A stretch of DNA of 30,048 nt from Armatimonadia bacterium (GTDB lineage: Bacteria > Armatimonadota > Zipacnadia > Zipacnadales > UBA11051). The translations under genes and the position numbers were made by a program. Shown here piece after piece: positions 9,981-18,043 of the stretch. The DNA lies in contig JBDKRC010000154.1 of NCBI GenBank assembly GCA_039683575.1, positions 1 to 30,048 on the forward strand, written 5' to 3'. Position 1 is the first letter of the stretch; every line of letters begins with the position of its first letter. The notes below the pieces were generated by a model that ran no database searches, was not told the DNA's origin, and was given only the letters and a program-made list of their open reading frames with translations.

Positions 9981-10028
9981 GTGGGAGGGCTTTCCAGAGT
10001 CCGATCCGGGTCTGGAGAGCCCTCGCAC
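9981..10028. repeat. GTGG-type REP-like inverted repeat
   Basis: GTGGGAGGGCTTTCCAGA ... TCTGGAGAGCCCTCGCAC: 18-nt arms with 2 mismatches, intergenic. Confidence 0.65.
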
Positions 10029-10037
10029 AACATGTAT

Positions 10038-10691
10038 TCACTCCTCAATAAACAAAACCCGGCACGGCGCCGCACACGTCTCCTCGATCCTCATCGGCAG
10101 CGCCACCAGCTTGCCCCGCGTCGCCGTGATCTTGTCGAGGTCGTATAGCGGCGCCAAGAGCAGCGTACCCATCTCAAAGAAACGCTGGAAGAAGCGCTGC
10201 GGGTTCTCCCAGCTATCAAACCGCGGCATGTCCCCGGCCATCATGTACGGCTTGTGATCGAGGATCCAGTGCATCGCCGGGCCCTCGAAGTACGGGCAGG
10301 AGGTCACGAAGTCGGCGTTGTGCCAGTTCCGGCCCCACCCGCTTGCGACGAGGATTACGTCGCCCTCGTTGATCTCCGGCGCGACGGCCTCCAGCATTGC
10401 CACACTGATCGGCGCCAGTGGCTCCACCGGCTCGGGCAGCTTGATGACTGCTGTCGGCAACATCCACAGCTTTTCCACAGGGATATCCACAAGCGGCGGG
10501 CCGTTGCGGTCGATGTGCAGCGAGGTCTCCAGGTAGGTCCCCGTCTGCGCGCCCAGTTCGAAGCGCCAGGAGTAGGTCGGGTACTCAATGAAGTCCGGCT
10601 GCGGAATCTCCTCGACGATGACGTCGGGATAGGGCGGCCCGTAGGTCCACATGCCGTCGTAGATGGGGCCGGTGATGTCAATGATGCGCAT
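10038..10691 (-). CDS. Cyclase (kynurenine formamidase/KynB-like) family protein with degenerate metal site
   Basis: MRIIDITGPI start, GDVILVASGW, ALPMRIEETCAAPCR end. QTGTYLETSLH replaces HxGTHxDxPxH. Confidence 0.82.
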   Translation of the reverse strand: MRIIDITGPIYDGMWTYGPPYPDVIVEEIPQPDFIEYPTYSWRFELGAQTGTYLETSLHIDRNGPPLVDIPVEKLWMLPTAVIKLPEPVEPLAPISVAMLEAVAPEINEGDVILVASGWGRNWHNADFVTSCPYFEGPAMHWILDHKPYMMAGDMPRFDSWENPQRFFQRFFEMGTLLLAPLYDLDKITATRGKLVALPMRIEETCAAPCRVLFIEE

Positions 10692-10745
10692 GAATGAAAC
10701 CCTCCGCGTCGTTACTAAAACAGCTTGTAAGAGATGAGTGTCTGG

Positions 10746-11435
10746 CTACAGGATATCTTGCGGCCATTTCCGCAGGCTCATGAAGGCTTCTGCATAGACC
10801 ACGCCGCACTCCCCGCCCCGGAGCCTGCTTCTCGCTGTCTTGTCCTGCTCGTGGCCGGTTATGCCGGAATAGGTCTGGCCAGAGGCGATCTCGTCGAGGC
10901 GGTGGATGATGCGACAGGCTTCATCCTTCACGTCGGTTATGTCCACATAGACGTCTGGCCGGAACGGTACTGCCGGATCAACCTGATTGGGACCGGCCTC
11001 ATACCAAAGCAGCTTCGGGGTCGCCTTGGCGTCCGGATACAACCCATGAGTGAACCACAGCGCGTGCTTGCCGACCTTGCCACAGGCCTCGTGATCGGGC
11101 CAGTAGTCATGTGGCCACTGCAGCAGCCCCATGTCCGGCTGCACCTCGATCACGAGATCGGTCAATACCTTGATCGCCTCATCATTGTACCGAATCTGGT
11201 GATAGCCATAGTCGAAGAAGCGTTTCTCCACGCCCATTTCGGCCGCCAGTTCCAGCAGCGCCGCCCGGACCTGGTCCTGGCGCCCCGACGTCGGCTTCCA
11301 ACTGTCATGGTTGCCGCACATGTCCACCAACACAACCCGCCAGCCCCGCTGCACGGCCTTCAGGATCAGCCCTCCGGCGGCGTACTCGCAATCATCGTGA
11401 TGCGCTCCGACCACTAACAGCGTCTTGCGCTCCAT
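10746..11435 (-). CDS. PIG-L/LmbE family deacetylase
   Basis: LVVGAHHDDCE, WPDH, YVDITD, YAEAF. Confidence 0.88.
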   Translation of the reverse strand: MERKTLLVVGAHHDDCEYAAGGLILKAVQRGWRVVLVDMCGNHDSWKPTSGRQDQVRAALLELAAEMGVEKRFFDYGYHQIRYNDEAIKVLTDLVIEVQPDMGLLQWPHDYWPDHEACGKVGKHALWFTHGLYPDAKATPKLLWYEAGPNQVDPAVPFRPDVYVDITDVKDEACRIIHRLDEIASGQTYSGITGHEQDKTARSRLRGGECGVVYAEAFMSLRKWPQDIL

Positions 11436-11484
11436 GGAAGCTCCTCAACTGTTCCGGCCCAAACTCAATACCGCCATCCGGCTT

Positions 11485-11952
11485 CTACTGTTTTTCTGTA
11501 ACCAATTCCGGATGTCGTTCAGTTAGCCAAGCCCTCGTCTCCGCCACAAAGCTCTCCGCCCTCAGGATGGTACCGGTGGTAGTCGCTTCAGAAACGATTC
11601 TGGCCTTCTCGTAGTGGGTTTTGTTCCGCAGTCTGCGTGCGACGTCGAAGTGCCTGGACACCGCGGAGAACCTGCCGCCATCTACGGCACCCAGGAAGAC
11701 GAAAAGCACGGCGTGTTGCCCCTCGCCGCCGGCTCGGCGATACCCCTCCGCGGCCATCACCGCCTCCGCGGTGGCCCTTGCAGCCTCGTACGCGCTGTTG
11801 TGGCGACGGTCGAGCGGTCGTTGCGCGATTGAGGCATCAAAGAGATCCATCTCTGCCAACTCCAGCAACTCGGCAATGTGCCTTTTGCATTCGCTCTCGG
11901 TTAGGCCGTGAGGCCTGATACGGCCGTCACTCACCAAGCCGTCGTAGGACAT
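11485..11952 (-). CDS. HEPN-domain putative toxin
   Basis: Helical protein with AYEAAR, GYR..G.GQH and RRLRNKTHYE (R-x2-R-N-x3-Y). Overlaps the upstream MNT gene by 26 nt. Confidence 0.78.
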   Translation of the reverse strand: MSYDGLVSDGRIRPHGLTESECKRHIAELLELAEMDLFDASIAQRPLDRRHNSAYEAARATAEAVMAAEGYRRAGGEGQHAVLFVFLGAVDGGRFSAVSRHFDVARRLRNKTHYEKARIVSEATTTGTILRAESFVAETRAWLTERHPELVTEKQ

Positions 11953-12550
11953 CCTCGTCCCCCCTGACAAATATCTTCGGCTTGCGCAGCACTGATGACA
12001 CAAAGCTATTGTGCTCCCGCAGCCGCTGTCGGAACTCCTGCGGCGGGTAGACTACCGGGGTGATCTCCAGCCCGGTCTGGGCCGTCACGTCAGCCAGCGC
12101 TTCGGAAACGGCTTCGTCATCAGTATCCCCAATGACCATCAAGTCCACGTCGCTGCCCGGGTGGTCCTCACCAGCAGCCACGGAACCGTAGACAAAGGCT
12201 GCTGCGATATTGTCCTGGTCAAGCGCTTGCATCAGCAGCGGGATGATCCCGACTGCGCGCCTCACCAATTCGCGTAGGCCGGGAAGTAGTGGTGAGTCGC
12301 TCGCCGCCGAGTATACTGTACTGTTGCCGATGCGCTCCCCACGCACGACGCCAAGCTTCTCCAGCCGCTTGAGTTCCCTGTACACCGGACCATAGGGCAA
12401 GCCGCAGCGGCGCTCCAACTCGCGGATGTGCGAGGGCCGAGCGCCAGGCAAAAGCAGACAGGCCAGGAGCCGGGCGCGCGAAGGAGAGCCCAACAACTGG
12501 TCAAGCGCGGCTTCCCCCCACGGTCTCGTTCTCTTTACGGTGGTTGCCAT
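11927..12550 (-). CDS. Winged-HTH + minimal nucleotidyltransferase (MNT) putative antitoxin
   Basis: N-terminal HIRELERRCGLPYGPVYRELKRLEKLG HTH and exact GS-x10-DxD motif (YGSVAAGEDHPGSDVDL). Confidence 0.88.
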   Translation of the reverse strand: MATTVKRTRPWGEAALDQLLGSPSRARLLACLLLPGARPSHIRELERRCGLPYGPVYRELKRLEKLGVVRGERIGNSTVYSAASDSPLLPGLRELVRRAVGIIPLLMQALDQDNIAAAFVYGSVAAGEDHPGSDVDLMVIGDTDDEAVSEALADVTAQTGLEITPVVYPPQEFRQRLREHNSFVSSVLRKPKIFVRGDEDVLRRLGE

Positions 12551-12556
12551 GTTCAC

Positions 12557-12607
12557 ATTATATCATCAGTGGATCAATTGATCCATAGCGAGGATCAATT
12601 GATCCAC
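12557..12607 (-). promoter_or_regulatory. Extended -10 promoter (TGaTATAAT) with tandem palindromic operator
   Basis: Minus strand reads TGA-TATAAT-gtgaac-ATG. GGATCAATTGATCC occurs at 12571-12584 and 12592-12605. Confidence 0.8.
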
Positions 12608-12634
12608 TCGGTAATAATAGCTCTTCAGTTTCGA

Positions 12635-13702
12635 CTATCTGTGCGGCAGCAAATCAGCAAAAACCTCGACCGGCCACTCCCGCAGCCGCTGCATGCCCTC
12701 CGGTACCGGCTGCTCGTACTCGACGTAGGCGCTGACCGCGCCCTTGGTCGTGTACGACACCTCACCCGCCCGCGCTCCAAAGACCTTGTACCCCACCAGC
12801 ACACAGTCCTCCAGGTCAACGTGCAGTTGCCGGCCGTCGTCGCTCTCGCACCGGATGACCTGCGCCGGCTCTCCGCGTGGCTGCGAGAAGTTCAGCGTGA
12901 CCAGCCGGCAGTCTTTGAAGCTCACTCGCGTGTTACGTTCGCCAACGCCTGCCCATGCCGACTGCAAGGCCTTCTTGGGGCTGGTGATGGTGCAGTTCTC
13001 AAACACGGCATGGGGATGCTCAGGCATTGTGTCATCCTCACCGCGAATGTACACCCCGCCGCAGTCGCCCCAGGTGTCGAGGTTCATGAACCAGCTATTG
13101 CGAAACAGGCAGGGCTCCCCGGCCCGCGCGCGGTGGGCAATCGCCCCGGCACCCGCGAACCGGCCGATGCCGACGCAATTGTCTACCTCGACGGAGAATT
13201 CGCAGCCCACGTCGCAGGTCATGTCCCAGCCCATGCCGAACTCGCTGCCCGTCGCGTACAGCCCCTGGAAGCGCCAGCGATCCCATGCGCTGCCCGAGTT
13301 GTGCGGGTCAGACCGGAAGGCACACCACCAGTCCACGCTCTTCATGCCCCATTCGCTCTGTACGTCGCCCTCGTCCAGGAGTTCAAACGGCGGATTGCCC
13401 ATGCTCGGGTCCAACGCCGTCCGCACGATGACTTCCGGCGCGCCGCTGTCTATGACCACCCAGCCAGTAGCGCCTGAGCCGAGGCTGCCGTCGAAGTCGC
13501 CGATCAACCCGTTGTAAGCCCCGGTGGCGCCGGTCGAGGTGGGGAAGAGGTTAGCTTCGGCATAGGTGTCGGGCCGCACGATCACCCGATGCCCTCCGCG
13601 TTCGTCAGGAACGCGCAGGAGCGTCGTTTGCAGGTCGTGATAGGCAGTGGGCCAGCTCAGCCCATCCGAGTTGTTCCCAAGCTTTGAGACATAGAGGTCC
13701 AT
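12635..13702 (-). CDS. Hypothetical protein, probable pectin-lyase-like beta-helix
   Basis: N-terminus LYVSKLGNNSDGLSWPTAY...VIVRPDTY is typical of beta-helix proteins. Repeated FRNSW/FENCT/FKDCR/LEDCV strands. GGGAG RBS before ATG 13702. No signal peptide. Confidence 0.6.
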   Translation of the reverse strand: MDLYVSKLGNNSDGLSWPTAYHDLQTTLLRVPDERGGHRVIVRPDTYAEANLFPTSTGATGAYNGLIGDFDGSLGSGATGWVVIDSGAPEVIVRTALDPSMGNPPFELLDEGDVQSEWGMKSVDWWCAFRSDPHNSGSAWDRWRFQGLYATGSEFGMGWDMTCDVGCEFSVEVDNCVGIGRFAGAGAIAHRARAGEPCLFRNSWFMNLDTWGDCGGVYIRGEDDTMPEHPHAVFENCTITSPKKALQSAWAGVGERNTRVSFKDCRLVTLNFSQPRGEPAQVIRCESDDGRQLHVDLEDCVLVGYKVFGARAGEVSYTTKGAVSAYVEYEQPVPEGMQRLREWPVEVFADLLPHR

Positions 13703-13722
13703 GTCGGCTCCCGTCGCGGCCC

Positions 13723-15042
13723 TCAGGCCAGCTTCTTGAGCACCTGCACCGACTTCTTCGCGATCAGCTTGCCAGCCTCGGGCACGAGCTTGCTCGAACA
13801 CGCATGGCGCGGCTCGTAGCCGCCGCCCTTGGGCCCGAGGGCCTTCTCATCCGGCACGTAGCCGATGCACCCGTTGGCAAGCTCCACGACCATCGTCTGC
13901 GGCAGCGGCGACTTGGACTTGATGTCGAGCCCGAAGCAGCAGAAGTACTCCGCGGGGTTCGACACGAGGCCCAGATCCCCAATCCGTATGCCCTGGATCT
14001 CAGTCGGCACTTCCGGCTCGGTCTTCTGCCACTCGGCCAGGCGCAGCATGTCGTCAGCGTTCACATAGTCGGCGCTGCGCTCGCCCTTGTGGTCCTTGAG
14101 GTACTGCTTGGCCGCCTTGACCATCTCTGGCGTCACGGGGCGCATCGGGATGTCAATGCTCTCCACGATGGCCTTCACCGGCACCTCGGACAGCGGCTCA
14201 CCCTCGACCCGCATCTTCTCGATGACCTTGATGGCCTCAGCCCCGACGATGCGGCCGACATGCTTGCCCCATTCCTCGCCGAACTCTCGCTCGCGCGTGG
14301 ACTGGTTGTCCACCTGCGTAATGTCCCCACAGGCGCCGTTGAGGAAGACCGTGAGCACGCCCTGGCCGTAGACCCCGCTGATCGCCTCGCGCATGTAGTA
14401 CGGCCAGTCGGCCGACCAGCCTGAGCCGCCCACGCCGAGAGTGCCATGGAGGGTATAGTTGACCAGACAGCCCACCAAGACGCCCGTATCCGCCGCACGC
14501 ACCGCGATCACGCCGACCTCCGGGTCAATCGGCCCGGCGACATGCTTGATGTTCGGGTTCCCCTTGCCGGGATGAGTGGTCTCTTTGCCATCCTTCATCA
14601 TGAAGCGGCGGTTGAAGGCCACGGTGTCCTCATACCCGCGCCCGATGGAGAGCGTTACCGGGGCCTTGAGCCTGTTGGCTTCCGATACCGCCGCGGCGAT
14701 CTGCTTGCCCACGAGGTCGGTGTACCACTTCTCCGGCCTGCTGCCGAGACAGTCGCACGTAGGCCCGCCGCAGTGCGTGTGGCTCGCGCCGACCATGATA
14801 TTCTCGGGCTTGATGCCACAGAGCTTGTTGGCGAGCTTCCGGGCGGCCTGTACGGTCGAATGCTTCACCGAGAGCGCGTCCAGGCCCACCAGGGCCACGG
14901 TCTCCTCGCCATTGTCGATGACCATGGCGGTGGCATACAGCTCGTCGTGGACATGAGTAGCAGCCCGCGGGAAGTGTCCGCCTGGTGAGTTCGACCCCGG
15001 CGGCGGTGTGATGTTAGCGCGAGCGAAACCTGCCTTAATCAT
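13723..15042 (-). CDS. Neutral/alkaline ceramidase-like hydrolase
   Basis: KAGFARANITPP, ASHTHCG, NYTLHG, SADWP, FLNGACGD, LANGCIGYVP..GGYE. GGAGG RBS before ATG 15042. Confidence 0.8.
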   Translation of the reverse strand: MIKAGFARANITPPPGSNSPGGHFPRAATHVHDELYATAMVIDNGEETVALVGLDALSVKHSTVQAARKLANKLCGIKPENIMVGASHTHCGGPTCDCLGSRPEKWYTDLVGKQIAAAVSEANRLKAPVTLSIGRGYEDTVAFNRRFMMKDGKETTHPGKGNPNIKHVAGPIDPEVGVIAVRAADTGVLVGCLVNYTLHGTLGVGGSGWSADWPYYMREAISGVYGQGVLTVFLNGACGDITQVDNQSTREREFGEEWGKHVGRIVGAEAIKVIEKMRVEGEPLSEVPVKAIVESIDIPMRPVTPEMVKAAKQYLKDHKGERSADYVNADDMLRLAEWQKTEPEVPTEIQGIRIGDLGLVSNPAEYFCCFGLDIKSKSPLPQTMVVELANGCIGYVPDEKALGPKGGGYEPRHACSSKLVPEAGKLIAKKSVQVLKKLA

Positions 15043-15063
15043 GACGACCTCCAAAGTATACCT

Positions 15064-15120
15064 CGCGTAGGTCGGTGCGTCCCGCATCGACAGCGGGTTC
15101 GAGAGGAACCTGCCTACGCG
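15064..15120. repeat. GTAG-type REP doublet with two different arms
   Basis: CGCGTAG-GTCGGTGCG-tcc-CGCATCGAC on +, and CGCGTAG-GCAGGTTCCTCTCGAACCCGC on -. The latter differs at 2 positions from the right arm of 722-781. Confidence 0.82.
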
Positions 15121-15127
15121 TCATTCG

Positions 15128-16972
15128 TTACCCGCTCCACTCGCCCTTCCACACCGGAGCCACGTACCGTTTCCCGTGATCGCGGTACAACGAGATGTCA
15201 AACTCGGTGTCCGCGAGGAACTTCTGATAGTCCTCGTCGCTGCGGTAGAACCGCGACTTCTCGGCGTCAGGCATGTTCATCCCCGCCTTGCGCATGCTCC
15301 AGTGCAGCATCACCAGATTCTTGCCGAACATCTCGAGCCGTTGCTTCTGCTTATCGGTCTGGACCTTCCCCAGCGCCTCGAAGTACAGCCGCTCCATCTC
15401 CGGGAAGATCGGCAGGTAGATGGCCTCCACCTTCTCATAGTTCATCTCGTACATGTGGCCGCGGTACTGCGGGCTCTCCGTTGCCTTGTAGGCGCTGAAA
15501 CGGTCCTCTACGAGGTCCAGCAGCTTGCGCATGGGCTCATAGCCGGGACCGTAGGCCAGCCGCAGCCACTCCTCGTAGGTATTGTCCACATCCGTCTTCG
15601 CGTTCCACATCAGCTTGGCATAGATATAGTTCGTAGGCGCGCCGACACCCCAGGCGCCGAGGCCGACCATGTCCACGCCCTTGCCCCCGAACTTGGCCAC
15701 TGTGGGGATCTCCAGCTTCAGGATCTCGCGCGCCGTGGGCAGGGGAGCGCCGTTGAACGACCGCATCCACGTCCCATAGTTGTGGTAGTTGAAGTTGGGC
15801 GTAACCTTCAACCAGCCCTCGATCACCGTGGGGAACTCCGCTTTGTACACGGGCTTGTACAGGCCGAAGCCATAGTAATTGAGCCCCGCCATCACAAGCC
15901 AGACGTTCGGCTCCATCTTTACCGGCTCAGTCGGCGGATACATGTAGTTATAGTACACGTATCCGGACAGCGGGCGGTCGGGGTACTTCTGGCCGACTAT
16001 CTTCGCCACATCGTTGTAGAACTTCAGTATGTTGAGGCTGTAGGAAGGGTTACCATGCGGGTCTGGTCGGACCAGTTTCATGCACTCCGGGCACTTGCAG
16101 AAATCCCCGCCGTCTGCCGGCGATATTGACGCCCCGTGCCATGCCGGATGCTCGTCCAGCCACTTGATGACTCCGGCGGCGAAGGCTTTGACGAGTTCCG
16201 GGTTGGTCGTGCAGTACTTCACACCTGCAGGGCGGGCCGTGAAGTCACGGCGCTTGCCATTCTCATCCATCGCCATCCACTCGGGGTGTACTCGCCAGTC
16301 GTCCGGCTTGAGGTAGTCGTCCCAGGCATGGCCGTGATCCAGTTTGCGGCCAAAGCTCGGCGTGGGCAGCTTCTGGCGCATCTCCCACTGCAGGGGAGCG
16401 TTCGGGGCCTTGTCACCTGGCGGGCGACGGTCCTGAATGTCCACGAGGTAGCGCAGAGGGAAGTTGGGGTGGTCCACGAACTCGACGTCTGGGATGGTTA
16501 GCTGGTCGTGAGGCGGAATCTCCTCACCGGCCTCGCCCGGCATCAGCCATCTGACACCGACGAATTCCTCCAGAAACTCATACACACCGTACAGCGTGCC
16601 ATAGCTGGTCCATCCGCGTTGCGGTGGCTGGTCGTCCTTAAGGTCCTTGCCAACGATAAACAGGTTGCCGCCGCGGGTGGCAATCGTGAAGCCATCATCG
16701 ACCAGCCCCGCCGTGAGTGGACAAGGCTGCTCCGAGTCATTGGCGCCCACATAGATCATCGGCTCAGTTGGCTGTTCTACGATCGGCAGTTCCACGCCGG
16801 TGGAGGCCCTAATCACCCTCTGCAACTCCTCCGCAGCCAGCTTCACCGAAGGCGGGGCAGCAGCTTCGCGGTAGATGACATAGGAGCTCTTGCCGCCCTG
16901 AACCAGCGTCAACTTCTGCGCCATGCCTGGTACGATCATCATCAGTGCCAGCAAGCCCATCAGGTAACGCAT
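15128..16972 (-). CDS. Secreted DUF4838-domain protein with GH20/GH67-like N-terminal domain
   Basis: Signal peptide ending PGMA|QK. AAEELQRVIRASTG, GTLYGVYEFLEEFVGVRW, YCTTNP, SPADGGDFCKCPEC. GAGGAG RBS. Confidence 0.8.
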   Translation of the reverse strand: MRYLMGLLALMMIVPGMAQKLTLVQGGKSSYVIYREAAAPPSVKLAAEELQRVIRASTGVELPIVEQPTEPMIYVGANDSEQPCPLTAGLVDDGFTIATRGGNLFIVGKDLKDDQPPQRGWTSYGTLYGVYEFLEEFVGVRWLMPGEAGEEIPPHDQLTIPDVEFVDHPNFPLRYLVDIQDRRPPGDKAPNAPLQWEMRQKLPTPSFGRKLDHGHAWDDYLKPDDWRVHPEWMAMDENGKRRDFTARPAGVKYCTTNPELVKAFAAGVIKWLDEHPAWHGASISPADGGDFCKCPECMKLVRPDPHGNPSYSLNILKFYNDVAKIVGQKYPDRPLSGYVYYNYMYPPTEPVKMEPNVWLVMAGLNYYGFGLYKPVYKAEFPTVIEGWLKVTPNFNYHNYGTWMRSFNGAPLPTAREILKLEIPTVAKFGGKGVDMVGLGAWGVGAPTNYIYAKLMWNAKTDVDNTYEEWLRLAYGPGYEPMRKLLDLVEDRFSAYKATESPQYRGHMYEMNYEKVEAIYLPIFPEMERLYFEALGKVQTDKQKQRLEMFGKNLVMLHWSMRKAGMNMPDAEKSRFYRSDEDYQKFLADTEFDISLYRDHGKRYVAPVWKGEWSG

Positions 16973-17039
16973 CGCGGCTCCTCGGTGTCGGTATCGCCTC
17001 TTCCCGTCGTGTATTCTGTTGCCGGTTCTCGCCGTCCCC

Positions 17040-17978
17040 CTAAGCCATTGCTCTGAACCACTCCAGCGTCCGTTCCAGCCCCGTTCGCAGGTCTGTTTTC
17101 GGCTCCCAGCCGAGCAGTTCCTTCGCGCGGGTAATGTCGGGCCGCCGCCGCTTGGGGTCGTCATCGTGCAGCAGCGGCACGTCGCGCAGTTCCGACTTGC
17201 TGCCGGTCAGCTCCAGCACAAGCTCCGCGAATTCGCGGATCGAGGTCTCGGTGGGGTTCCCAATGTTAATTGGCCCCGTGTGCTCGGACCTCATGAGCCG
17301 GTATAGCCCCTCGATTTCGTCCGTGCAATAGCAGAAGCTGCGCGTCTGGGTGCCCCCGCCGTAGATCGTAAGCGGCTCGCCCGTGAGCGCCTGCATGCAG
17401 AAGTTCGAGACCACGCGCCCGTCATCAGAGCGCATTCGTGGCCCGTACGTGTTGAAAATCCTCGCCACGTGCACCGGCAGGCGGTACTTGCGGTGGTAGC
17501 TGAAGCAGAGCGCCTCCGCATACCGCTTGCCCTCGTCATATACCGCACGGGGGCCGATCAGGTTGACGTTGCCGGTATAGTCCTCTCGCTGCGGGTGGAC
17601 TTCCGGATCGCCATAGATCTCGGAGGTCGAGGCTTGGAGGAACTCCGCGCCCTTGTGCAGGGCCAATTCGAGCAGGTTCTGAGTCCCGAGACTGCAGGTG
17701 CGCATGATCTCGATGGGAATGCGCGAGAAATCAACCGGGCTGGCAGGGCAGGCCAGGTTGATAATATAGTCAACCGGCCCGGCCACATTCACCTCTTGCG
17801 TCACGTCCTGCCGGATGAAGTCACAGCGGTCGGGGATGACGCAATCATCAGCATTGCGGCGCGTCCCCGTCGCGAGGTTGTCCACCATGACAACATCAAA
17901 GTCCTCGGCCAGCAGGTGTTGCACGAAATGATAGCCCAGAAACCCCGCCCCACCTGCTACAACCGCTCTTGGTCGCAT
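17040..17978 (-). CDS. UDP-glucuronate decarboxylase family (extended SDR)
   Basis: GGAGFLG, LACPASP, ASTSEIYGDP, YDEGKR, RIFNTYGPRM, DGRVVSNF, DDPKRRRPDI. GGAGG RBS before ATG 17978. Confidence 0.92.
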   Translation of the reverse strand: MRPRAVVAGGAGFLGYHFVQHLLAEDFDVVMVDNLATGTRRNADDCVIPDRCDFIRQDVTQEVNVAGPVDYIINLACPASPVDFSRIPIEIMRTCSLGTQNLLELALHKGAEFLQASTSEIYGDPEVHPQREDYTGNVNLIGPRAVYDEGKRYAEALCFSYHRKYRLPVHVARIFNTYGPRMRSDDGRVVSNFCMQALTGEPLTIYGGGTQTRSFCYCTDEIEGLYRLMRSEHTGPINIGNPTETSIREFAELVLELTGSKSELRDVPLLHDDDPKRRRPDITRAKELLGWEPKTDLRTGLERTLEWFRAMA

Positions 17979-18004
17979 ATACTGCCTCCCAATGCCGATT
18001 AGGT

Positions 18005-18032
18005 GTCGGTGCGGGACGCACCAACCCACGCG
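18005..18032 (-). repeat. Single REP unit
   Basis: Minus strand CGCGTGGGTTGGTGCGTCCCGCACCGAC matches 15064-15091 with 3 differences. Confidence 0.8.
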
Positions 18033-18043
18033 TTTTGTCTAGT

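Noticed and set aside
12569-12607. Mini-CRISPR or IS end
   Set aside because: Only two 14-bp units separated by 7 nt, with no cas or transposase gene. An operator explains it better.
11436-12634. Mobile element carrying the TA pair
   Set aside because: No terminal repeats, target duplication, integrase or transposase seen.
17979-18029. Upstream N-terminal extensions in the ORF track (also 753, 2563, 13801, 15087, 17164, 20904, 26250, 29951)
   Set aside because: They run through REP elements or neighbouring genes. Downstream starts have clear RBSs or overlaps and match family N-termini.
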